Below, piece after piece: positions 27,942-36,262 of a DNA stretch of 64,000 nt. The stretch comes from Spirochaetia bacterium (GTDB lineage Bacteria > Spirochaetota > Spirochaetia > SZUA-6 > Bin103): positions 608,001-672,000 of the forward strand of contig CBDATQ010000001.1 of the NCBI GenBank assembly GCA_965199955.1. Direction: 5' to 3'. How positions within the stretch are numbered: the stretch's first letter is position 1; each line of letters starts with the position of its first letter. Below the pieces are notes generated by a model, which saw only the letters and a program-made list of their open reading frames with translations, was not told the origin of the DNA and made no database searches. The translations under genes and the position numbers were made by a program.

Positions 27942-29354
27942 ATGAAGATGCATGTGGGCGGCGCCTGGGTGGATGCCGCCGAGACCATCGACGTATTGAA
28001 TCCGTTCGACGGATCGGTCGTGGACACGGTGCCGCGCGCGACCATGGGTGACGTGCAGCAGGCGCTCGCGACCGCGCAGAAGGCCGCGAAGCAGGTGGCG
28101 GCCATGACCGGCTACGAGCGCTACGAGATCCTGCACCGCGCCTCGGAGCTCATGGTCGAGCGCGCCGCCGAGCTGTCGAAGATCATCACCATGGAGGAGG
28201 GCAAGCCGGTCAGCGAGGCCGACATCGAGGTGGCGCGCGCCACCGAGATCATCGCCCTGTCCGCGGAGGAGGCCAAGCGCCTGGGCGGCGAGGTGCTGCC
28301 GCTGGACGGCGCGCCGGGCGTGCGCGACAAGGTCGGCTTCACCCTGCGCGTGCCGTGCGGGGTGGTGGTCGGCATCAGCCCGTTCAACTTTCCGCTGCAC
28401 CTGGTGTGCCACAAGGCCGGCCCCGCCTTCGCGGCCGGCAACGCTGTCATCATCAAGCCTGCGACCGACACGCCGCTGTCGGGCCTGAAGATCGTCGAGT
28501 TGCTGGTGGACGCGGGGGCCCCGCCGGAGGCCGTGCAGTGCCTGACCGGCTCCGGCGGCGAGATCGGCGACGCGCTGTGCGAGGACCCGCGCGTGCGCAA
28601 GATCACCTTCACCGGCAGCCGCGACGTGGGCGAGCACATCTGCAAGGTCGCGGGCCTGAAGAAGGTGACCATGGAGCTCGGCTCCAACGCGCCGTTCGTG
28701 GTGATGCCCGACGCCGATCCGGAGAAGGTGGCCAAGGCGGCCGCCATGTCCGGCTTCTCCAACGCCGGCCAGGTCTGCATCTCCACGCAGCGCGTGCTGG
28801 CGCACGCGGATATCTACGGCAACTTCGTGGATGCCTTCAAGGCGGAGACGGAGTCGATCAACACCGGCAACCCGCTGCACGCCGACAGCAAGATGGGGCC
28901 GATGATCCGCCAGTCCGACGCCGAGCGCGTGCACGGATGGGTCGACGAGGCGCTCACCGGTGGGGCGACGCTGGTCACCGGCGGCGAACGCGACGGGCAG
29001 GTCATGCAGCCGACCGTGGTGGAGGGCGTCCGGCCGGAGATGCGCATCTCCCGCGACGAGGTGTTCGGCCCGGTGGTCGGCATCACGCGGGTGGAAGACA
29101 TCGACCAGGCGATCGAGCTGGCCAACGACACCAACTACGGCCTGAGCGCCGCCATCTTCACCGAGAACGTGAACTGGGCCATGCAGTACGTGCGCCAGGT
29201 GGAGTCCGGCAGCATCCACGTCAACTGGGGCACCCAGTGGCGCGCCGACCTGATGCCGTACGGCGGCCTGAAGGACTCCGGCATGGGCAAGGAAGGGCCG
29301 AAGTACGCGGTCGAGGAGATGACCGAGACGAAGATGTGCGTCTTCCACCTGTAG
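27942..29354 (+). CDS. NAD(P)-dependent aldehyde dehydrogenase
   Basis: PFNFP, KPA, FTGS, MELGSN, NAGQVCIS, EVFGP. Confidence 0.95.
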   Translation: MKMHVGGAWVDAAETIDVLNPFDGSVVDTVPRATMGDVQQALATAQKAAKQVAAMTGYERYEILHRASELMVERAAELSKIITMEEGKPVSEADIEVARATEIIALSAEEAKRLGGEVLPLDGAPGVRDKVGFTLRVPCGVVVGISPFNFPLHLVCHKAGPAFAAGNAVIIKPATDTPLSGLKIVELLVDAGAPPEAVQCLTGSGGEIGDALCEDPRVRKITFTGSRDVGEHICKVAGLKKVTMELGSNAPFVVMPDADPEKVAKAAAMSGFSNAGQVCISTQRVLAHADIYGNFVDAFKAETESINTGNPLHADSKMGPMIRQSDAERVHGWVDEALTGGATLVTGGERDGQVMQPTVVEGVRPEMRISRDEVFGPVVGITRVEDIDQAIELANDTNYGLSAAIFTENVNWAMQYVRQVESGSIHVNWGTQWRADLMPYGGLKDSGMGKEGPKYAVEEMTETKMCVFHL

Positions 29355-29364
29355 GGGGAACGCG

Positions 29365-29622
29365 ATGGCGGTACGCATGTACACGACGCCGAGCTGCGGC
29401 TACTGCACGCAGCTCAAGCGCTACCTGCGCGAGCGGCAGGTGAAGTTCACGGAGTACGACATCAGCCGCGACGAGCGCAAGGCGGCCGAGATCGCGCACC
29501 GCTCCCGGCAGCACGGCGTGCCGGTGCTCGACTACAACGGCACCATCGTCGTCGGCTTCGACCGCGACCGTATCGACCGCCTGATCGCCAAGGGGTACCC
29601 CAAGCGAACGGCTAAGGCTTAG
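29365..29622 (+). CDS. Glutaredoxin-like (NrdH/YruB-type) protein
   Basis: YTTPSCGYC, GVPV, GFD. Confidence 0.88.
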   Translation: MAVRMYTTPSCGYCTQLKRYLRERQVKFTEYDISRDERKAAEIAHRSRQHGVPVLDYNGTIVVGFDRDRIDRLIAKGYPKRTAKA

Positions 29623-30328
29623 GGCGGCGCTGCAGGTAGCTGCGGCGCCGCTCGGGGTCGAACTTCTCGATCGCGTAGCGCAGCATTGTGCGCGGCATGC
29701 GCGCGGCGTGGCGGTCCAGGAACCGCTCCTCGGTCGCCCGGTCCCGCTTGCCGATCTCGCGCAGCATCCAGCCGACCGCCTTGTGGATCAGGTCGTGCGG
29801 GTGGTCGCGCAGCAGCTCGGCAAGCCGCAGCGTGTCCTGGAACTGCCCGGCACGGATGAAGGTGAAGGTGGCGAGCACCGCCACGCGCTGCCGCCACAGG
29901 TGACCGGAGGCCGCAAGCTCGTAGAGCACGCTGCGGTCCCGCTCCAGCAGGTGGGCGCCCAGGATGTGCGGCGCCGAACCGTCCACCAGGTCCCAACTGT
30001 TCACGGCGTCCAGATGCTCGAGGTAGAAGTCGGCGATCGTTTCTCGGTCGGCCGGTCCCGCCCGCCGGTAGCGATCGGCCAGCACGAACAGCGCGGCCTG
30101 CCGGTGCTCGTGCCAAGGGCTGGCCAGGACGTCGGCCAGGTCGGCCAGCGGCAGCTCGTGATGGCGGCGGGCGATCGCCCGCACCTCCGGGACGCGCAGC
30201 CCCAGGAAGCGGTCGCCCTCGCCGTACTCTCCCGGTCCCGTGCGAAAGAACCGCTGCAGATGCTCCGCGCGCACGGGCACCCCGGCGCCGTCCAGCGCCG
30301 CGCACAGCGCGCGTGCAGGCCTTCTCAT
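29612..30328 (-). CDS. DNA alkylation repair protein (AlkD-like)
   Basis: FFRTGPGEYGEGDRFLG, NSWDLVD, KAVGWMLREIGK, MPRTMLRYAIEK. Confidence 0.9.
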   Translation of the reverse strand: MRRPARALCAALDGAGVPVRAEHLQRFFRTGPGEYGEGDRFLGLRVPEVRAIARRHHELPLADLADVLASPWHEHRQAALFVLADRYRRAGPADRETIADFYLEHLDAVNSWDLVDGSAPHILGAHLLERDRSVLYELAASGHLWRQRVAVLATFTFIRAGQFQDTLRLAELLRDHPHDLIHKAVGWMLREIGKRDRATEERFLDRHAARMPRTMLRYAIEKFDPERRRSYLQRRPKP

Positions 30329-30537
30329 CGCCGGCCGATCATAACTCGCCTACGGGCTCCATTTGAGCTTTCAAGAAGCGATGAGGTCTCTCGTGCGCTA
30401 TAGTTGCCATGAGCACTAGGCACATGATCGCTTCAGCCTCCGTTCATGCGAACGGTATGAGAGAAGCCCCGCACTACACGCGCCTCGACCCACACGATCG
30501 ACTTCCCATCTGAACGGGCGCCGGTGTCACGACTCGG

Positions 30538-30975
30538 CTACAGCAGATGCAGCGCGCGGGCTCCGACGGCGCTGCCGACGCCGATCAGCAGGCCGACAGC
30601 CACTTCCGGGATGGAGTGGCCGACGTCGTGCGAGGTTTCCGGCCGGCTCGCCTCCGGCATCGGGGCGATCATCTGGCGCAGCGCCTCCGAGTTGATCTGG
30701 ATCGCGCCGCGTACGCGGATCGCGTCGAAGATGATGATCACGCTGAACGCGCAGGCGATCGCGAACAGGTCCGATGCCACGCCGGCGCGCAGGCCGACGG
30801 CAGTTGTGAGGGTCGCGACGAAGGCGGTGTGGGAGGACGGCATCCCGCCGGCCGCGAACAGCCGGCGCCACGCGAAGGTGCGCGTGCGCACGGAGTGCGC
30901 GGCGATCTTGAAGACCTGGCACGCCACCTGGACCACGACGGCCACGAGGAGGGATGCGCTCACACCGGCCGCCAT
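30538..30975 (-). CDS. Divergent PAP2 family (DUF212) membrane protein
   Basis: GGMPSSHTA, DA..VR, GHS..EV..G; start 30975 or 30996. Confidence 0.85.
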   Translation of the reverse strand: MAAGVSASLLVAVVVQVACQVFKIAAHSVRTRTFAWRRLFAAGGMPSSHTAFVATLTTAVGLRAGVASDLFAIACAFSVIIIFDAIRVRGAIQINSEALRQMIAPMPEASRPETSHDVGHSIPEVAVGLLIGVGSAVGARALHLL

Positions 30976-31002
30976 CAGAACGGCGGATGCTACCATGAGC
31001 GC

Positions 31003-31968
31003 ATGGGTTCTCTGGTAGCGCTGGTCTCCCGCGGCGACTTCGCGGTCCCTCCTGACCTTGCCGAGCGGATCGCCGCGGTCGGGGGCAAGCTGCGCCGGCG
31101 CGACTGCACCAGCGGCGCGGAAGTGGTCGACACCGCGCGCGGCGCGCCGGTCGTCTGGGTGTTCGGCGGGGGGCGCCTGATCACCGACGCCGTGCTCGCG
31201 GAGTTGCCCGACTGCCGCCTGATCGTTCGCAGCGGCAGCGGCACGGACAACATCCCGGTCGCCGCGGCGCGTGCACGCGGCATCGCCGTCGGCAACACGC
31301 CGGAGGCGACCCGCGACGTGGTGGCCGACCACACGATCGGCGTGCTCATCGCCCGGCACCGCCGCATCGTTCTCAAGGACCGCCAGATCCGCCGGGGGAT
31401 TTACTCCCAGGACAATCCGCAGACCGGCCCGGCGCTGGCCGGCATGACCCTGGGCCTGATCGGCTTCGGCCACATCGGCGCGGCGGTCGCCGCCCGCGCG
31501 GCGCCGTTCGGGTTGCGAGTGCTGGCGACCGATCCGGTCAGGAGCGGCGCGGAGATCCGTGCCGGCGGCGCGGAGCCCGTCGAGCTGGACGCGCTCCTGC
31601 GCACCAGCGACTTTGTGTCGCTCCACGTCCCGCTGCTTGCCAGCACCACGGCGCTGATCGGCGCGCGCGAGCTCGCCGCGATGCAGCCGCACGCGATCCT
31701 GATCAACACGTCGCGCGGCAAGGTCGTCGATCAGGAGGCCCTGATCGACGCGCTGCAATCCGGGCGGATCGCTGGCGCCGCGCTCGACGTGTTCGACCCG
31801 GAGCCGCTGCCGCCCGACAGCCCGCTGATCGGCATGGAGCAGGTGGTGCTCACACCGCACACCGCCGGCTCCGGCGCCGCGATGATCCGTCGATTCTGGG
31901 AGGACTCGATTACGACCATCGGCCACTTCCTGCGCACCGGCCGGCCGCGGTGGGAAGTGATCGCGTAG
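31003..31968 (+). CDS. D-isomer-specific 2-hydroxyacid dehydrogenase
   Basis: GLIGFGHIG, SLHVPL, INTSRG, AALDVF..EP, TPH. Confidence 0.9.
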   Translation: MGSLVALVSRGDFAVPPDLAERIAAVGGKLRRRDCTSGAEVVDTARGAPVVWVFGGGRLITDAVLAELPDCRLIVRSGSGTDNIPVAAARARGIAVGNTPEATRDVVADHTIGVLIARHRRIVLKDRQIRRGIYSQDNPQTGPALAGMTLGLIGFGHIGAAVAARAAPFGLRVLATDPVRSGAEIRAGGAEPVELDALLRTSDFVSLHVPLLASTTALIGARELAAMQPHAILINTSRGKVVDQEALIDALQSGRIAGAALDVFDPEPLPPDSPLIGMEQVVLTPHTAGSGAAMIRRFWEDSITTIGHFLRTGRPRWEVIA

Positions 31969-31987
31969 GCGCTCCGGCGCGCGGTCT

Positions 31988-33202
31988 CTACAGGAGCGCG
32001 CGCAGGCGGTCGCCGATCACCGCCACTTCGTCCTCGGACAGGCAGGCAGGACTGAAGCGCAGCAGCCCCTCGCGAACGCCGCCTGCGTTGACGTGAATGG
32101 GCGGGGCGCCGCCCTGCAGGGCGGTGGTGAGCTCCAGGGCGTCGCGCCGCTCCGGGCGCACTTCCACGATCGGGGTGCCGTCGCGGCCGTCGTCGATGGT
32201 TGCCTGACACGGCGCGCCGTCCAGCAGCTCGACGAGCCGATCGGACAGGCGCCGCCAGCCGGCGATCCGCTCGCGATCGGGGATCGCCGCGAAGCACTGC
32301 AGGGCGACCAGCAGGCCGGCGATCTGCTCCTTGCCGACCTTGCAGGGGCGGCCGATGCCGTGGTGCGGGGCGCCTGCCAGCGGCGGCTCGCAGGCGATCC
32401 ACGACGGCGGGCGCCACAGCTCCGGCAGCACGTCCTGGTCGAAGAGCTGCAGCGCCGCCGCGCCCACCAGCCGGCGGCGGCCGCACAGGATGCCCGTCCC
32501 CTGCGGCCCGCCGATCGCCTTGCCCCCGGAGAAGCACACCAGGTCGGCACCGGCGTCGATGAAGGCGCGCAGGTTGGACTGCGGCGGCAATCGGCCCGCG
32601 GCGTCGACGATCACCGGCAGTCCGTGGGCGTGCGCCTCGGCGATCACCTGCTCCAGCGGCGGCTGCGAGTAGGACTGGGCGACGTAGGCGATCGCGGCGG
32701 TGCGCTCGTCGATCGCGGCGCCCAGCTCCCACGCCTCCGTGTCGCGGACGCCGGCCCCTGAGAATCGATCGGCGATGCCGACCTCGACGAGCTCGGCGCC
32801 GGCGGTGCGCAGCGCATGGTCGTACAGGTTGCGATGGCTGCGAGGGATGAGGATGCGGTTGCGGCCCGCCACGTGCGGCAACCGCCCCATGCGGTCGGGA
32901 TCGAGGCCGGTCAGGCAGGCGGCGGCACCGAGCAGCAACCCCGCGGCCGCGCCGCTGGTGACCAGCCCGGCCTCCGCGCCGGTGTGCTCGGCGATGATCT
33001 CGCTGGCGCGCTCCTGCAGCGTCTCGATGACCACGCACTGGCCCATCGCCTCCGCAACCGCAGCGGCCACCTCCGGGTCGGCGCGACCGCCGCCCAGGCG
33101 GGTCGCGGGACCCGCGGCGTTGATGATCGTGGGGACGCCCAACCGGGCGAAGATGCTCGGCGCAGCGTCACTCTTCGAGTGAGGCTCGTTTCGCTCACGC
33201 AC
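31988..33202 (-). CDS. SelA-like / DgaE-family PLP-dependent enzyme
   Basis: IINAAG..TRLGG, VTSGAAAG, VDAA, FSGGKAIGGPQGTG, RPCKVGKEQI. Confidence 0.8.
   Translation of the reverse strand: MRERNEPHSKSDAAPSIFARLGVPTIINAAGPATRLGGGRADPEVAAAVAEAMGQCVVIETLQERASEIIAEHTGAEAGLVTSGAAAGLLLGAAACLTGLDPDRMGRLPHVAGRNRILIPRSHRNLYDHALRTAGAELVEVGIADRFSGAGVRDTEAWELGAAIDERTAAIAYVAQSYSQPPLEQVIAEAHAHGLPVIVDAAGRLPPQSNLRAFIDAGADLVCFSGGKAIGGPQGTGILCGRRRLVGAAALQLFDQDVLPELWRPPSWIACEPPLAGAPHHGIGRPCKVGKEQIAGLLVALQCFAAIPDRERIAGWRRLSDRLVELLDGAPCQATIDDGRDGTPIVEVRPERRDALELTTALQGGAPPIHVNAGGVREGLLRFSPACLSEDEVAVIGDRLRALL
33165..33197 (-). repeat. 33-bp palindromic dispersed element, copy 2
   Basis: Minus strand TGAGCGAAACGAGCCTCACTCGAAGAGTGACGC. 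Confidence 0.85.
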
Positions 33203-33232
33203 GGGTATTGCCGGTCGGCGTGGCCGGCCGGG

Positions 33233-33487
33233 TCAGCTCTCGTCGGGGAGGCCGTACCTGCGCCGGAACCGCTCGATGCGGCCGGCGGTGTCGACTAGCT
33301 TCTGCTTGCCGGTGAAGAACGGATGGGACGCGCTGGAGATTTCCAGAGTCACCAGCGGGTATTCGTTGCCGTCCTCCCAGGTCACCGTCTCCCTGGACTT
33401 GACGGTGGAGCGGGTCAGGAACTGGAAGTCGCTGGCCGCGTCCTTGAACACGACCGGCCGGTATTCGGGATGGATGTCGGGTTTCAT
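33233..33487 (-). CDS. rpmE2: 50S ribosomal protein L31 type B
   Basis: [16 protein letters not shown]...[26 protein letters not shown]; no CxxC. Confidence 0.95.
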   Translation of the reverse strand: MKPDIHPEYRPVVFKDAASDFQFLTRSTVKSRETVTWEDGNEYPLVTLEISSASHPFFTGKQKLVDTAGRIERFRRRYGLPDES

Positions 33488-33759
33488 CAGCCGTTCTCCG
33501 GACGCGGGTCGCTCAACGGACGCGCCACGTCCTTGAGGGTCAGGCCCTCGTCCTTGAGGAATCGCATCAGACCCTTCTTGTTCACCGTGCGCAGCGCCCG
33601 CGTCGACAGCTTGAGACGCACCATCCGGCCGAGCTCCGGCACGTACAGCCGCTTCTCCTGGACGTTGGGCCGCTGCACGCGCCGCGTCTTGTTGTGCGCG
33701 TGCGATACGTTGTTGCCGCTGAGCGGGCCCTTCCCCGTCAGCGCACATCGCCTTGACAT
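33487..33759 (-). CDS. rpmB: 50S ribosomal protein L28
   Basis: [27 protein letters not shown]. Confidence 0.95.
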   Translation of the reverse strand: MSRRCALTGKGPLSGNNVSHAHNKTRRVQRPNVQEKRLYVPELGRMVRLKLSTRALRTVNKKGLMRFLKDEGLTLKDVARPLSDPRPENG

Positions 33760-33811
33760 GCCGGGAAGTATGCCCAAAACCGGCCGGCGAGGGAAGAGGG
33801 CGTCCCGGACA

Positions 33812-34639
33812 TCAGGACGGACGGTCGCCGGCCAGCGTCACGCGGTGCATCACCCGCCGGAAGCCGTGATAGTCGTTGATCGGCAGGTGCTGGGTGCAGC
33901 GGTTGTCCCAGATCGCCAGCGAGCCGGGCCGCCAGCGGTAGCGGCAGGTGAGCTCCGGCTGCACCTGGTGCTGAAACAGGTACTCCAGCAGCGGCTGGCT
34001 CTCCGCTTCGCTCCAACCCTTGAAGTGCGACGTGTGCCCGCGGTTGACGTACAGCGCCTTGCCGCCGGTCTCCGGATGGGTGCGCACGACCGGATGCTCG
34101 CTGGTCAGCACCGACGCCTGCGCGCCCTGCTCCCGCAGGCGCTCCTCCCGCGTCGCGGCCACCGCCGGCTTGGTGGAGGTGTAGATGGCGGTCAGCCCGG
34201 CGAGGGTCTGTCGCAGTCCCTCGGAAAGCCGCTCGTAGGCCAGGTACTGGTTGGCGAACAGGGTGTCGCCGCCGCGGGGCGGCACCTCCACCGCGTACAG
34301 CAGGCTGCCCATCGGCGGCCGCTCCAGGTAGCTGGTATCGGTGTGCCACACGCCGCCGAAGGCGACCCGCTCATGCTCCAGCTTGGTGACCGCGGTCACC
34401 AGCGGTTCCTCGGGCAGGCCCTGAAGCTGCGGGTAGGCGAGCGGCTCGCCGAGGCATCGGCCAAAGGCGAGCAGCGACTTCGGAGTCAGCTTCTGAGAGG
34501 GGAAGAAGATCACCAGGTGGTCCAGGAGTGCCTGCCGGATCTCCGCCGCAGCGTCCGTGCCGAGCGGCCGGCCCAGATCCACACCGGTGATCTCGGCCCC
34601 CAGCGCGCCGGACAGCGGCCGTGCTTCAATCAGTTCCAT
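33812..34639 (-). CDS. TauD/TfdA family dioxygenase
   Basis: [38 protein letters not shown]. Confidence 0.92.
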   Translation of the reverse strand: MELIEARPLSGALGAEITGVDLGRPLGTDAAAEIRQALLDHLVIFFPSQKLTPKSLLAFGRCLGEPLAYPQLQGLPEEPLVTAVTKLEHERVAFGGVWHTDTSYLERPPMGSLLYAVEVPPRGGDTLFANQYLAYERLSEGLRQTLAGLTAIYTSTKPAVAATREERLREQGAQASVLTSEHPVVRTHPETGGKALYVNRGHTSHFKGWSEAESQPLLEYLFQHQVQPELTCRYRWRPGSLAIWDNRCTQHLPINDYHGFRRVMHRVTLAGDRPS

Positions 34640-34714
34640 ATCTCCAGTCCAACACTCTGGTATCGGTAGTCCGTGGCCTCGTCAACCCGTTTGACGGTAC
34701 TCTGTCAGGGACTC

Positions 34715-35245
34715 ATGACGACCCGCATCGGCATCATCAACGTTTCGGACCGGGCCAGCGCCGGCGTGTACGAGGACACGCCCGGCAAGGCGGTGGTGGC
34801 CCTGCTGGAGCGCTACCTGACGACTCCGTTCGAGCCGGTCTACCAGGTCCTCCCCGACGAGCAGGACCAGCTTCAGGAGGCGATGTGCCGGATGGCCGAC
34901 GACGACGGCTGCTGCCTGATCGTCACCACCGGCGGCACCGGGCCGGCCCTCCGCGACGTCACGCCGGAGGCGACCGAGGCGGTCTGCCAGAAAATGCTGC
35001 CGGGCTTCGGGGAGCTGATGCGGCAGGTGTCGCTGCGCTACGTGCCGACGGCGATCCTCTCCCGCCAGACCGCGGGCGTTCGCGGCGGCGCGCTGATCCT
35101 GAACCTGCCGGGCCGCCCGCGCGCCATCGAGCAGTGCCTGGAGGCGGTCTTTCCCGCCATCCCCTACTGCATCGATCTTCTCGGCGGCCCGCGCCTGGAG
35201 TGCGACCCGGCCGAGATCACCGCCTTCCGACCCAAGGGGGCGTAG
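34715..35245 (+). CDS. mog: Molybdopterin adenylyltransferase
   Basis: VSDRAS.GVYED, TTGGTGP..RDVTPEAT, PTAILSRQTAG, NLPG. Confidence 0.93.
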   Translation: MTTRIGIINVSDRASAGVYEDTPGKAVVALLERYLTTPFEPVYQVLPDEQDQLQEAMCRMADDDGCCLIVTTGGTGPALRDVTPEATEAVCQKMLPGFGELMRQVSLRYVPTAILSRQTAGVRGGALILNLPGRPRAIEQCLEAVFPAIPYCIDLLGGPRLECDPAEITAFRPKGA

Positions 35246-35272
35246 GAGTTCCAGGCGGATGGACCCAGACGG

Positions 35273-36262
35273 ATGGACGTAGCTGCCCTGCCGACCATCG
35301 CGGACGTGCGCGCGGCGGCCGAGCGCATTCGCCCGCACGTGCACGCCACCCCGGTGTTCACCAGCCGGTATTTCGATCGCGCCGTGGGAGCGAGCCTGTT
35401 CTTCAAGTGCGAGAACCTGCAGAAGGTTGGCGCGTTCAAGAGCCGCGGCGCCTGCAACGCGGTGTTCAGCCTGCCGGACCACCAGGCAGCGGCCGGCGTG
35501 GCGACGCACTCGTCGGGCAACCACGGCCAGGCGGTGGCGTTCGCCGCCGGGCTGCGAGGCATCCCGGCGACGGTGGTGATGCCGCGCGGCACGACGGAGA
35601 TCAAGCGCCGCGCTGTGCAGGGCTACGGCGCCCGAACCGTGGAGAGCGGACCGACCCTGGCCGAGCGGGAAGGGATCACGCAGCGGATCGCGGACGCCGA
35701 CGGCGCGCACGTGATCCATCCGTACGACGACGCCGACGTGGTGGCGGGGCAGGGCACGGTCGCGATGGAGCTGATGCAGCAGGCCGGGCCGCTGGACGCG
35801 CTGCTGGTGCCGGTCGGGGGCGGCGGTCTCACTTCCGGCACCGTGCTGGCCTCCGGTGGAGAAGCCGGTGTCGGGGCAGGCGGTGCGCCGGTCGTCTACG
35901 CGGCCGAGCCGGAGCTGGCCGACGACGCCTATGAATCGCTGCGGACCGGCGTGCGGCAGCCGGAACGGCCTCCCCACACGGTCGCCGAGGGGCTGCGCAC
36001 CAGCTTGGGGGACATTACCTTCCCGCTGGTCCGGGATGGAGTGCGCGAGATCCTGCTGGTCGACGATCGCGAGATCGTGGCGGCCACGCTCGCCTTCATC
36101 ACCCGTACCAAGCTGCTGATCGAGCCCTCGGCCGGGGTCGCGATCGCCGCGCTGCTGCGCTACCGAGAGCGCTTCGCGGGCTCCCGCGTGGGCGTGGTCC
36201 TGACCGGCGGCAACGTCGACCTGGCCGCTCTGGGCGCGCTTGCGGAGGGAATCGATGGCTGA
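35273..36262 (+). CDS. Serine/threonine dehydratase / serine racemase family PLP enzyme
   Basis: FKCENLQKVGAFKSRGA, SSGNHGQA, PVGGGGL, IEPS. Confidence 0.9.
   Translation: MDVAALPTIADVRAAAERIRPHVHATPVFTSRYFDRAVGASLFFKCENLQKVGAFKSRGACNAVFSLPDHQAAAGVATHSSGNHGQAVAFAAGLRGIPATVVMPRGTTEIKRRAVQGYGARTVESGPTLAEREGITQRIADADGAHVIHPYDDADVVAGQGTVAMELMQQAGPLDALLVPVGGGGLTSGTVLASGGEAGVGAGGAPVVYAAEPELADDAYESLRTGVRQPERPPHTVAEGLRTSLGDITFPLVRDGVREILLVDDREIVAATLAFITRTKLLIEPSAGVAIAALLRYRERFAGSRVGVVLTGGNVDLAALGALAEGIDG

Noticed and set aside
31988..33202. True selenocysteine synthase selA
   Set aside because: Shorter DgaE-like form; no selB/selC/selD nearby
34680..34696. CGTCAA-N5-TTGACG inverted repeat between tauD-like gene and mog
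   Set aside because: Short; could simply be divergent -35 boxes; no second instance
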